The notes under the pieces were generated by a model, which worked only from the letters and a program-made list of their open reading frames with translations, searched no databases and was not told where the DNA came from. The position numbers and the translations under genes were made by a program. Shown piece after piece: positions 1 to 8,158 of a stretch of 20,000 nt of DNA; position 1 is the first letter of the stretch; every line of letters begins with the position of its first letter. Origin of the DNA: an uncultured virus (IMG/VR IMGVR_UViG_3300005683_000014) (taxonomy: Duplodnaviria; Heunggongvirae; Uroviricota; Caudoviricetes); the IMG/VR virus record IMGVR_UViG_3300005683_000014; one strand, 5' to 3'.

Positions 1-2
1 GT

Positions 3-362
3 GTTCTGTATCACCACGGTGAACTAATCGGGAAGAGGGGAGGTGATACCGTCAGCAAGATGCTGGGGCACTTTCGGCGCTCGTCCGTGTGTGGGCATAT
101 TCATCGTCTGGAGCTGGCGTTCGAGACGCTTCACGAAGAGCATGGGGAGGTGGTCATCTTCGCCATGTCGTGTGGAACGCTTGCTCGCACGGATGGTACT
201 GTGCCCGGTCCCCTCTACCCCAACTGGCAGAAGGGCTTCGGCGTGATTGCCTTCGGTGGCATCCCCCAGCTCTATCCAATCATCAACGACTCGGTATCGA
301 TCGAGGGACGCATCATCTCCGTCCTCGATGAGGTGATCGAGGAAGAGGAGAAGGAAGAATGA
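3..362 (+). CDS. Calcineurin-like metallophosphoesterase, C-terminal part (5' truncated by window edge)
   Basis: The frame is open from position 3 (VLYHHGELIG...). It carries the HG and GHIHR motifs, then CGTLAR...NWQKGFGV, as in phage metallophosphoesterases. Confidence 0.75.
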   Translation, partial: VLYHHGELIGKRGGDTVSKMLGHFRRSSVCGHIHRLELAFETLHEEHGEVVIFAMSCGTLARTDGTVPGPLYPNWQKGFGVIAFGGIPQLYPIINDSVSIEGRIISVLDEVIEEEEKEE

Positions 363-538
363 TTTTCACTCTGCGTCCTGTGATCGAGATCGAGGCCGAG
401 TCCTCGAACGAGGCGCTCAAGAAGCTCTTGTGCAATATGTCCAATCATCTCGGCGAATTCGATGTGACTATCGATCCCGATGATGGTACCCTGCCTGAGG
501 AGGAGGACTACCCCTCGATCGAGACTAAGCATGGGTGA
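359..538 (+). CDS. Hypothetical 59-aa acidic protein (MIFTLRPVIEIEAESSNEALKKL...)
   Basis: Not in the ORF track; translated by hand. ATGA overlap with the upstream stop, purine-rich SD region, and it fills the gap to the exonuclease exactly. Confidence 0.65.
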   Translation: MIFTLRPVIEIEAESSNEALKKLLCNMSNHLGEFDVTIDPDDGTLPEEEDYPSIETKHG

Positions 539-1841
539 CGCCTGGATGGCTAGCGCCAGCCAGATTTCTACCTGGAGCCGGTGCAAGAGGAAGTGGTACT
601 TCGAGAAGGTGATGAAACTGTTTGCTCCTCAGCATCCCAGTGCTGAGTTGGGCGAGCGGTGTCATAAGGCGTTGGAAATCTACATCGAGACCGGACGCAA
701 AGAAGCGGACGATGACGTGATGCGGATCCTGGCACTGGTGTGGGACCAACCTTGGTTGCGTCGACTGGTGCTGGATAAACGCACACAGGTCGAACACAAG
801 ATCGAGAACCTGTTCATCGGTGGTATCGGGCTCAATGGCCGGATCGATCTCGGGTATCGGAGTGGTGCGTTCCCAGCGGGTCTGAATCCGATAGCGGAGT
901 GGTCCGCAATTGATATCCCTGAGCCGGATGAAACAGGCAAGACGCGAGTCATCATCGATCATAAGTCCACCAGCAATTTCTCGTATGTCAAGTCACAGGA
1001 AATTGCTTTGGAGGACCCGCAAACAGTCGTGTACGGGGCAGCAGCGTTCTGTGATCCGACTATCGAGGAGGTGGTGTTCGTCTATCACTACTTCCGAACG
1101 AAGGGCCCTCCTATTCTCCCGCGATGTGTGATTGTGCGTCATACGCGAGAAACACTTGCACCAGTGCTGGAGAAATTCGCTGTTTTCCTTGACGAAATGA
1201 GGCAGATGCGCGATCTTCCCCTGGCTGCCATCCCCCGAAACACTGATGCCTGTTGGGATTTTGGCGGGTGTCATTTTCGTGGTCAGTGTTTCGAAGAACA
1301 AGAAAACTCTCTCACCGAGGAGCAGATCATGGCTGATACGGGTTTCGATTTCGATGCGTTGCTGGCCGCTCAGGCTGCTAAGGGTTCTGGTCCTGTTCCC
1401 GCTGCGGCGCCGGCTTTTGTCCCCCCTCCTGTGAAGCCTCCAGAGCCGAAGCCCGAGTCTGTGAAGGCTCAGGAGCCGGTTAAGGTGCCCGAGACCAACA
1501 AGCCTGCGTCGCCAGTTGTTTCACTACCTACAGGCTTCAAGCCCATGTTCTTCTGCGGGACTATGGTCGTCGGAGTACACATGGTTTCTATCGAGGAAAT
1601 CGCCGCGCCCTATGCCGAGAACTGGTCGAAGGCGAACAAGGGCGTTCACTACCTCAATGCCGACTTCAACAAGGCGGAACGGGTTATCGCGGTGCAGATT
1701 ATTGCGGACATGGCGCGTGGCGAACTGGAGATCCCTCCATTCGTCTACATTCGTACGGACTCGGTCATCGGGAAGTTGGTGCGAAACGAGCTGTATCTGT
1801 TGAAGGACAAGATCCACGTTGTGGTGCCGACGATCGCGTAA
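531..1841 (+). CDS. PD-(D/E)XK exonuclease (RecB/AddB/Cas4-like, probable 4Fe-4S) with Pro/Ala linker and C-terminal unknown domain
   Basis: SASQISTWSRCKRKWYF, LGERCHKALE, GRIDL, IIDHKST, Q..VY and a C-terminal CWDFGGCHFRGQC. Start is ATG 531 or 546 rather than 480. Confidence 0.85.
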   Translation: MGDAWMASASQISTWSRCKRKWYFEKVMKLFAPQHPSAELGERCHKALEIYIETGRKEADDDVMRILALVWDQPWLRRLVLDKRTQVEHKIENLFIGGIGLNGRIDLGYRSGAFPAGLNPIAEWSAIDIPEPDETGKTRVIIDHKSTSNFSYVKSQEIALEDPQTVVYGAAAFCDPTIEEVVFVYHYFRTKGPPILPRCVIVRHTRETLAPVLEKFAVFLDEMRQMRDLPLAAIPRNTDACWDFGGCHFRGQCFEEQENSLTEEQIMADTGFDFDALLAAQAAKGSGPVPAAAPAFVPPPVKPPEPKPESVKAQEPVKVPETNKPASPVVSLPTGFKPMFFCGTMVVGVHMVSIEEIAAPYAENWSKANKGVHYLNADFNKAERVIAVQIIADMARGELEIPPFVYIRTDSVIGKLVRNELYLLKDKIHVVVPTIA

Positions 1842-1859
1842 TCGCGACTCCTGGTTGAA

Positions 1860-1896
1860 TTGACGTTCCCAGGGTGACATGGTATGCTACCCTGGG
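1860..1896 (+). promoter_or_regulatory. Sigma70-type promoter for the primase operon, overlapped by an inverted repeat
   Basis: TTGACG (1860-1865), 17 bp, TATGCT (1883-1888) with an extended -10 TG. CCCAGGGT (1868-1875) and ACCCTGGG (1889-1896) form an inverted repeat. Confidence 0.7.
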
Positions 1897-1920
1897 TCTG
1901 TCGTCTCTATTGGAGGCGTG

Positions 1921-4389
1921 ATGAGCTATATTCACGTGTGGCCGGATAGGTACCCGGATAGGTGGGACGGAGGCTCGCAAGTCGAGAATCTGACTGCCTT
2001 TCTGCGCGTACCGTTCCGCGATGCTCTCACCAAGCGTTACACGACCGACGCCCACTTCAGCCCGGCGATGCTCGGGGACCAAGAGTCCTTTCCGCCGATG
2101 AAGAAGAAGGGTTTTCCTCAGCACTACATGGACATGGTTCGCTACCACGTGCTGGTGGTGGATCTTGACGCCCCCGACGAAATGGTCGACGGCGAGATGG
2201 TAAAGCACCATCGTACTCCTGAATGGGAAGCGAAACAGTTGGAGCTGCTTCGTGATACCCCTTGGGATGGGGCGATCAAGTACGTGACTAAGGGCGGGTA
2301 TCGCTTGGTTTGGGAGCTTCCTGAGTTCCTGACCATTAAGCAGTACGAAATCACTTTGAAGGCTGTGTGCTCGGCTCTACGGAGGATTGGGATGAATCCC
2401 GATCCGCTGTTCGACTGGGTACGTTGCTTCCGTTTGCCGTTCGTGGTTCGAAAGGATGAGCGCACGAATTTCAAGGCCGAGGCTCAGGAGTTCTCCTACT
2501 ACGATTCGGAGAATCCGATTCTCCCGCTGGCTTTCCTCGACCTCAAGGCCGAGGTGACTGCGACTCAGGTCTCGCTTGGTACGCTTATCGAGAACACCCA
2601 GCTTCCGCTGTCTTTGAATAGTTCAGCGGCGACTGGAAGAAACAATTTCCTGTACCGCATCGGCTGCTCCCTTCGCAATCTGGCCTGGATTGATGAGGAG
2701 CTTATGGCTGACTTCCTGAACCGCGTGAACGAGCGTAAGTTCGAGTTGGATCCTCTTGATTTCGACGAGATCCAGGGTATCGCAAGCAAGGTGTGCAGCC
2801 AGCACGAGGTCCAGGAAGGAACTGATCTTGAGACAGTAATCGAAGAGCCTCTGCCGGTTATCAAGATTCAGGGAGGGGAGTTGGACGTTCATGTGCGTGA
2901 AGCTATTGCGTCTCTCGTACGCGCTGAGAATCTGTACGTCCGCGGAGGCAAGCTCGCGCGCCTCACTCCCGAGGAAATAGAGGTGCTTCCCAAGGACGCC
3001 CTTTGTACGCTGATGTGTGAGAACGCCGAGTACCAGCGCGCCAAGCCTCGTAAGGACGGAGGCTTTGACATGATCAGCATCGATCCTCCCAACAAGCTAG
3101 TGGACTGTGTATACGTGGCCGGGCACTTCCCCGGAATTAGAGAGCTGGAGCAGATTGTGACGTTCCCCACCCTCAGGCCCGATGGCTCCATGTTGGAGCA
3201 CTCCGGGTATGACGAGCAGACCCGTGCCTATCTCCGTCCGACGGTGGAGGTACCATCTGTGCCCGACGTCGTCTCGGAGGAGATGGCAGGGGACGCGCTT
3301 ACGCGAATCAAGCTCTTGTTCCAGGACTTCCCCTTCGCCGAGCGCTGTCACGAGTCTGCGGCTATTGCTGCGATCATGACTCCGGTTCTACGTCTGGCCA
3401 TCACAGGTCCGACTCCCCTCTTCATCTTCGATTCCACGACCCCCGGCTCGGGCAAGAGCCTGCTCGCGGACATCGTGTCAATCATTGCGACAGGGGAGGA
3501 TGCTGCTCGACGCCCGCAGACCGATGACACGGAGATGCGCAAGGAAATTACTGCGGACCTTCTCGCCGGCACCCTCGTCATCCTCATCGATAACGTGGAT
3601 CGCCCTCTCGGTGGTCCTGCTCTCGATGCCGCGCTCACGTCCATCAACTGGACTGGTCGCGAGTTGAGCCGCACCAAGATGCTCAAGCTGAAGAACATCA
3701 CTACGTGGTTGGCGACTGGAAACAATATCGTTGTCAAGGGAGACCTCTCGCGGCGGTCGATGCGTATCTATCTCGATCCTGGGATGGAGCGTCCTGAGGA
3801 ACGCAACAAGTTCCGCATCCCGAAGTTGTTGGAGTACGTGCGAGAGAACCGTGCGCAGCTCATCCACGACATTCTGGTCTTGGCGCGCGGTCGTCAGCAG
3901 TCGGGGTTCTCCGGTGTCAGTGCCTTTGGGTCGTTCGAGTCCTGGAGCTACTGGGTTCGTGAGACACTCATTTGGTGTGGACAAGCGGATCCGCTCGACA
4001 GCCAGAAGCCGCTGCGTGAGGGTTCATCGGTGTCGACGTGGGGTCAGATTCTGTTCAACCTGTTCCACGTGTTCAACACCAAGAAGTTGGCTACCTCAAC
4101 TGAGGAGTTCACGGCCAAGCAGGTTCACGACTGTGTATTCGACAACATCGGACCTGGCTCGGCCGACCACAAGGCTGTTCTTTCGTCCGGCTACCAGGAG
4201 TTGACGGATGACCAGTCTGTGCGGAAGACCACGGACATTCTTCGTCGGTGGTCGAATCGAGTAGTAGGTGGATTCAAGCTCGTGGCCAACAACGACGAGC
4301 GTCGTAAGGCTCTCAAGGGCGTGACGTATCGCGTCGAGAGAATTGATGTTCCCAACCTTCAGGTAGTCCCGAACACCAAGATCGGGTAA
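1921..4389 (+). CDS. Primase-helicase fusion: AEP-like primase, PriCT-1-like domain, P-loop NTPase
   Basis: VLVVDLD, YVTKGGYRLVW, D..R.FRLP; GRNNFLYRIG...PLDFDEIQGI (PriCT-like); Walker A TPGSGKS, Walker B ILIDNV, ATGNN, DLSRR. SD GGAGG at 1912-1916 favours a 1918/1921 start. Confidence 0.8.
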   Translation: MSYIHVWPDRYPDRWDGGSQVENLTAFLRVPFRDALTKRYTTDAHFSPAMLGDQESFPPMKKKGFPQHYMDMVRYHVLVVDLDAPDEMVDGEMVKHHRTPEWEAKQLELLRDTPWDGAIKYVTKGGYRLVWELPEFLTIKQYEITLKAVCSALRRIGMNPDPLFDWVRCFRLPFVVRKDERTNFKAEAQEFSYYDSENPILPLAFLDLKAEVTATQVSLGTLIENTQLPLSLNSSAATGRNNFLYRIGCSLRNLAWIDEELMADFLNRVNERKFELDPLDFDEIQGIASKVCSQHEVQEGTDLETVIEEPLPVIKIQGGELDVHVREAIASLVRAENLYVRGGKLARLTPEEIEVLPKDALCTLMCENAEYQRAKPRKDGGFDMISIDPPNKLVDCVYVAGHFPGIRELEQIVTFPTLRPDGSMLEHSGYDEQTRAYLRPTVEVPSVPDVVSEEMAGDALTRIKLLFQDFPFAERCHESAAIAAIMTPVLRLAITGPTPLFIFDSTTPGSGKSLLADIVSIIATGEDAARRPQTDDTEMRKEITADLLAGTLVILIDNVDRPLGGPALDAALTSINWTGRELSRTKMLKLKNITTWLATGNNIVVKGDLSRRSMRIYLDPGMERPEERNKFRIPKLLEYVRENRAQLIHDILVLARGRQQSGFSGVSAFGSFESWSYWVRETLIWCGQADPLDSQKPLREGSSVSTWGQILFNLFHVFNTKKLATSTEEFTAKQVHDCVFDNIGPGSADHKAVLSSGYQELTDDQSVRKTTDILRRWSNRVVGGFKLVANNDERRKALKGVTYRVERIDVPNLQVVPNTKIG

Positions 4390-4401
4390 CAGGAGATTCA
4401 A

Positions 4402-6498
4402 ATGAGTAATGCTGTCATCCCGGTCGCGGAGCGGGAGTTCTTTCGCTTCGACGATGTGTTCTTCGAGCCCTATCGCAACACCGAGCCTCAGTGGACGGTT
4501 GAGGGGTATATCACGTACCTGCGAACGTACTCCGCCACCATCGTGGACGAGGTCACGGGCAAGCAGCGAAATGAATTGTGGTGGGAGACGTGTCGCCGTG
4601 TGGTCGAGGGGGCGATGTCTATCCTGCGCTGGCACATGAAGAAGCGCGGCGTTCTGGAGACGCCTTGGTATCAGGACGTGGAAGGATACTGGTCACGCGC
4701 CATGTACCATAGCCTGTTCTACCAGAAGTGGTCGCCGGCGGGTCGTGGACTCCAGCACATGGGGCGACGGGACGTTATCTGGGAGAAGGGCGCGGCCGTG
4801 CTCAACAACTGTGCCTTCGTATCGACCGCCAACATCGACAAGGACTTCACCTACCCCTTCGAGTACCTCATGGACATGAGCATGCTCGGGGTTGGTGTCG
4901 GGTTCGATACCGAGGGAGCCGGCAAGGTTCTTTGGGGTCCTCCTGGGATCGACAAGGATTTCACGTTTGTGGTGGAGGACACGCGAGAGGGCTGGGTGGA
5001 GCTTCTGCACGTGGTGCTCAACTCCTTCATCGGCAAGAGCAAGTTCCCAGGCGTCATCGATTATCGACAGATCCGTCCTCTGGGTACGCCGCTCTTGACT
5101 ATGGGTGGGTTGGCGTCTGGTCCTGCTCCTCTTCAACTCATGGTGGATGAGCTGCTTCAAATCATTGGTATGGGGCAGCGCTGCATCGAGTGGTTCGAGT
5201 TCGATCCTGAGGTGCGCACCTACTCGTACGTTCCTACCTGGGACCGGTATGATGATACCCTGATCACCTCAAACCAGATTGGAGACATCGGTAACATCGT
5301 CGGGAAGTGCGTCATCAGCGGAGGTATCCGGCGGACTGCCGAGATCATCCTGGGGAACATCGAAGACATCGAGTTCTTGGATCGCAAACAAGATATGGAG
5401 TTGCTGAAGGCTTGGCGCTCGTTCTCTAACAACAGCATCGTAGCTGACCAGCCCCTGACGTATGAGCAGTGCGATTTCATCGGTACTCATGCTGCTCGTT
5501 TCGGGGACCCTGGAATCTTTTTCCGTGGGAACGCTCGTGCTTGGGGTCGCACTCTGGAGCAGTGCCTGTTCGACTGGGTGATTGGGTGCAATCCCTGTGG
5601 TGAGCAACAGCTCCTGGACGGTGAGATGTGCAACCTCGTCGAGACCGTGCCCTGGCGTCATGATTCCATCGAGGACTACATGAGCACGGCGCGCTGTGCC
5701 TTCTTGTACGCCAAGATTGTGTCCCTGCTTCCGACACACCGCCCCGAGATCAATCTCATTCAGGAACGAAATCGGCGTGTGGGTGTGTCCATGACGGGCA
5801 TCTTCATGGCATACAACAAGTTCGGACGCTCCAAATTCTTGGAGGGGTACTGTGCTCACACGTATGAGGATATGGGCTACTTCGACCGGGAGATTTCCAA
5901 CTTCCTGGGCGTTCGCTTCTCCGTGAAGCGAACCTCGGTCAAACCCAGTGGCTCGGTGTCTCTGGTGCTTGGGGTCACGTCCGGTATTCGTGCGCCTGAG
6001 GGTCCTTTCAGTCTGAAGTTGATCCAGTTCGAGCAGACGTCTCCCCTTCTGCCTATTCTACGGGCCGCGGGCTACCGCATCGAGAAGTCCGTGTACACGC
6101 CCTCGTCGTATGTCGTGTATTTCCCTGTGCGCCTGGAATGCGAGAGGGGAGTCGATGACGTGTCGGCGGCCGAGCAGATCGAGATGGTCAAGGACATGCA
6201 GTGTTACTGGGCCGATAACATGGTGTCCAACACCATCGAGTTCCAGCCATCGGAGATTAACGATTTGGGCAAGCTCATCTACGAGGCGCAGGGAAGCATC
6301 AAATCGTTGACGCTCATGGCGCGCGTTCATGGGTTCGAGCAGGCTCCATTCCAACGCATCACGGAGGAGCAGTACGAGAAGGAAATCGAAAACATCTTGC
6401 CGATTGACTTCTCGTCTCTGCATGATACTGTGGTCCACGAAATTGACGAGCGGGGCTGTGACAACGGAAGCTGCTCTCTCGTCCCTCTCCAGGAGTGA
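4402..6498 (+). CDS. nrdJ: Class II adenosylcobalamin-dependent ribonucleoside-triphosphate reductase (monomeric type)
   Basis: PAGRGL, LNNCAF, MLGVGVGFD, DTREGW, IRPLG..L.TMGGLASGPAPL, GGIRRTA, SNNS, NPCGEQ, CNLVE, VKPSGSVS and a C-terminal CDNGSC redox pair. SD AGGAG. Confidence 0.95.
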   Translation: MSNAVIPVAEREFFRFDDVFFEPYRNTEPQWTVEGYITYLRTYSATIVDEVTGKQRNELWWETCRRVVEGAMSILRWHMKKRGVLETPWYQDVEGYWSRAMYHSLFYQKWSPAGRGLQHMGRRDVIWEKGAAVLNNCAFVSTANIDKDFTYPFEYLMDMSMLGVGVGFDTEGAGKVLWGPPGIDKDFTFVVEDTREGWVELLHVVLNSFIGKSKFPGVIDYRQIRPLGTPLLTMGGLASGPAPLQLMVDELLQIIGMGQRCIEWFEFDPEVRTYSYVPTWDRYDDTLITSNQIGDIGNIVGKCVISGGIRRTAEIILGNIEDIEFLDRKQDMELLKAWRSFSNNSIVADQPLTYEQCDFIGTHAARFGDPGIFFRGNARAWGRTLEQCLFDWVIGCNPCGEQQLLDGEMCNLVETVPWRHDSIEDYMSTARCAFLYAKIVSLLPTHRPEINLIQERNRRVGVSMTGIFMAYNKFGRSKFLEGYCAHTYEDMGYFDREISNFLGVRFSVKRTSVKPSGSVSLVLGVTSGIRAPEGPFSLKLIQFEQTSPLLPILRAAGYRIEKSVYTPSSYVVYFPVRLECERGVDDVSAAEQIEMVKDMQCYWADNMVSNTIEFQPSEINDLGKLIYEAQGSIKSLTLMARVHGFEQAPFQRITEEQYEKEIENILPIDFSSLHDTVVHEIDERGCDNGSCSLVPLQE

Positions 6499-6558
6499 GA
6501 TAAGGCATCGGAGGACTGGGTGGCCTTCCTGGAAGAGGAACATCACCATCAGAGGAGA
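6491..6558 (+). repeat. Direct repeat blocks A and B, copy 1
   Basis: A 6491-6513 matches 7220-7242 at 21/23. B 6534-6558 (AGAGGAACATCACCATCAGAGGAGA) is identical to 7250-7274. Confidence 0.9.
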
Positions 6559-6568
6559 GTTCAAACAG

Positions 6569-6958
6569 ATGAGCGAGACTGAGAACAAGAACGAGAAGAT
6601 CCCGAAGCCCCCGATCGATTCGGTGACCTTCGTGGGCTACAAGGGCGGTGAGTTGGTGTGGAACACGGTCGAGACGCGCGCGAGCAAGGAGGAGGATTCG
6701 GTCCTTCTCAACGCCAAGACGTGGCCGAACGTGCGCAAGTTGCACTGCACGTACGATCGCATCCGGTCGGCCCCGTTTGAGGTGCAGGATGGTGAGTTGT
6801 ACGCCGGTGCCGATCTGGATGCTGCGCTGAAGGGCATGGCGTTCTTCTATGACAAGAAGATCGAGCGCCTGACCAAGCATCGCACTCGCGTCCAGGAGCT
6901 GGGCGAGGCGATGAGTGAGAACTGCGTCGAGGTGCTCAAGGAAGCGAGGGCTCAGTGA
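6569..6958 (+). CDS. Hypothetical protein, 129 aa, with C-terminal coiled coil
   Basis: ATG 6569 follows the GAGGAG in repeat B. Codon usage is strongly GC3-biased and there is a GTGA overlap with the next gene. Confidence 0.75.
   Translation: MSETENKNEKIPKPPIDSVTFVGYKGGELVWNTVETRASKEEDSVLLNAKTWPNVRKLHCTYDRIRSAPFEVQDGELYAGADLDAALKGMAFFYDKKIERLTKHRTRVQELGEAMSENCVEVLKEARAQ
6942..6958 (+). repeat. Direct repeat block C, copy 1
   Basis: AAGCGAGGGCTCAGTGA is identical to 7278-7294 and contains an SD-like GAGGG and a GTG start. Confidence 0.9.
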
Positions 6959-7182
6959 ATCCATTTCTGAATTTCGGGCAGGCGCTCGAACTGCTCAAGA
7001 GTGGACAAAGGGTCGCTCGTCAGGGGTGGAACGGTAAGGGCATGTGGCTCGCTCTACAGCGTCCCGATGTGAACAGCAAGATGTCCCTGCCGTACATCTA
7101 CATGAGCACGGTCACCGGTGATCTCGTGCCGTGGCTGGCGTCCCAAACGGACGTCCTGGCCGAGGACTGGATCTCCGTGTGA
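6955..7182 (+). CDS. tad2: Thoeris anti-defence 2 (Tad2)/DUF2829-family cyclic-nucleotide sponge
   Basis: [26 protein letters not shown]...[14 protein letters not shown] matches the DUF2829/Tad2 signature (FGEAL..LK.G..V.R.GWNGK.M.....[12 protein letters not shown]). Confidence 0.9.
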   Translation: MNPFLNFGQALELLKSGQRVARQGWNGKGMWLALQRPDVNSKMSLPYIYMSTVTGDLVPWLASQTDVLAEDWISV

Positions 7183-7186
7183 GTTT

Positions 7187-7207
7187 GGGCCGGGACATCA
7201 CCGGTCC
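7187..7207 (+). terminator. Conserved hairpin, copy 1 (terminator or RNA processing element)
   Basis: GGGCCGG-GACATCA-CCGGTCC, 4 nt after the tad2 stop, with no U-tract. Confidence 0.55.
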
Positions 7208-7219
7208 GTTCCATCACCG

Positions 7220-7294
7220 AGGAGTGAGATATGTCATCGGAGAAGGAGGAGAGGAACATCACCATCAGAGGAGAAGAAAGCGAGGGCTCAGTGA
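7220..7294 (+). repeat. Condensed A+B+C repeat, copy 2
   Basis: A 7220-7242, B 7250-7274 and C 7278-7294 lie in the same order as in 6491-6958. Confidence 0.9.
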
Positions 7295-7665
7295 GCACTC
7301 CCTATTACACCGGCCGCTTTTACGAAGGGGTTGTGACACAAGCCATGTTCGAGTCTGGGGATATCCCGGAAGAGGCTCGATACAACTTCTATAAGACGTT
7401 CCGGATGGACGTCTGTTTGAAGCAGATGGTGGTGCGTGCAAAGTGGTATCGCTGGCCGGAACCCGTGAGTGAGCTTCGGGAGGGATGGGATCATGCTCCT
7501 GCTCTGAAGGGAGGGCTCGCTATTCCTTTTGAGATTCATAAGGTGGCAGTCACCTTCAAGAACAAGGAGGATATGGATAAGGCGCAACGTCTTGCCATTG
7601 AATCTGTGCTCAGCTTGAAGTATCGCGTGTCCGAGGGTTCCCTGTATCCGCTGATTACTCTCTGA
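7231..7665 (+). CDS. Hypothetical protein (alternative start GTG 7291)
   Basis: Open frame with SD AGGAG before ATG 7231. The first 20 codons are entirely repeat sequence, and the in-frame GTG 7291 has the same context as the tad2 start. Confidence 0.7.
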   Translation: MSSEKEERNITIRGEESEGSVSTPYYTGRFYEGVVTQAMFESGDIPEEARYNFYKTFRMDVCLKQMVVRAKWYRWPEPVSELREGWDHAPALKGGLAIPFEIHKVAVTFKNKEDMDKAQRLAIESVLSLKYRVSEGSLYPLITL

Positions 7666-7673
7666 TCGAACAT

Positions 7674-7698
7674 GGGCCAGGACAGCACTGGCCCTTTC
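7674..7698 (+). terminator. Conserved hairpin, copy 2
   Basis: GGGCCAG-GACAGCA-CTGGCCC-TTTC, 8 nt after the stop codon. Confidence 0.6.
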
Positions 7699-7708
7699 GG
7701 GAGGTCAT

Positions 7709-8158
7709 GTGAAGACACGAGAAGCATTCGCGAAACTCGGTGTCGAAGTGCAGTGGGCAAAGCAACGAGTCGTGCTCCATGTAGGGCGCGAGCGAAACAA
7801 AATCGTTTGCTCCCCTCCTGCGTTCCGGTGGCTCGACAAGTTGGTTCGTTGGGCACTCGAAGCCGGATTCAATCAAGAGCAATTGATGGGGGTCATCCGT
7901 GGATCTGGATGCGCTATTCAAAGCAAGAGAGAAAAGCGGGAACCAGCCTACCAAAGAGCTGAATCTCGACTCGATCTTCAGCCCATCGAAGACGATTGTG
8001 AGCCCGGTCCCCAGCCTGATCCTCCCTTCGACCCCCGTATTGACGACGAGTTCCGGTACGGGACCGTCATCATCGACGGAGTTGGATTCTATCCTCGGGA
8101 AGATGAAGGGCGCCCGGGACGACGAGTGGCAGCGAATCATCGCCGTTCCTCGCGCTGA
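7709..8158 (+). CDS. Hypothetical protein overlapping the helicase 5' region
   Basis: Strong SD GGGAGGT before GTG 7709 and protein-like composition. It overlaps the next ORF by up to 260 bp. Confidence 0.6.
   Translation: MKTREAFAKLGVEVQWAKQRVVLHVGRERNKIVCSPPAFRWLDKLVRWALEAGFNQEQLMGVIRGSGCAIQSKREKREPAYQRAESRLDLQPIEDDCEPGPQPDPPFDPRIDDEFRYGTVIIDGVGFYPREDEGRPGRRVAANHRRSSR

Noticed and set aside
531..1320. Cas4-like nuclease as a sign of a CRISPR system
   Set aside because: There is no array and no other cas gene; such nucleases are routine in phage replication modules.
4402..6498. Intein or intron in nrdJ (or polA)
   Set aside because: The reading frames are continuous, motifs are normally spaced, and no splice-junction or homing-endonuclease motifs were seen.
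6329..6568. Upstream extension of ORF 6329..6958
   Set aside because: It overlaps nrdJ in a shifted frame with Ser/Arg/Thr-rich shadow composition; the SD supports ATG 6569.
6811..6830. DLDAAL in the 129-aa protein as a further copy of the docking motif
   Set aside because: It is internal, not next to a disordered linker and lacks the final aromatic residue, so it is probably chance.
6491..7698. Repeats as a mini-CRISPR array or integron attC sites
   Set aside because: Spacing is gene-sized and irregular, no GTTRRRY/RYYYAAC core sites were seen, and there is no integrase in the window.
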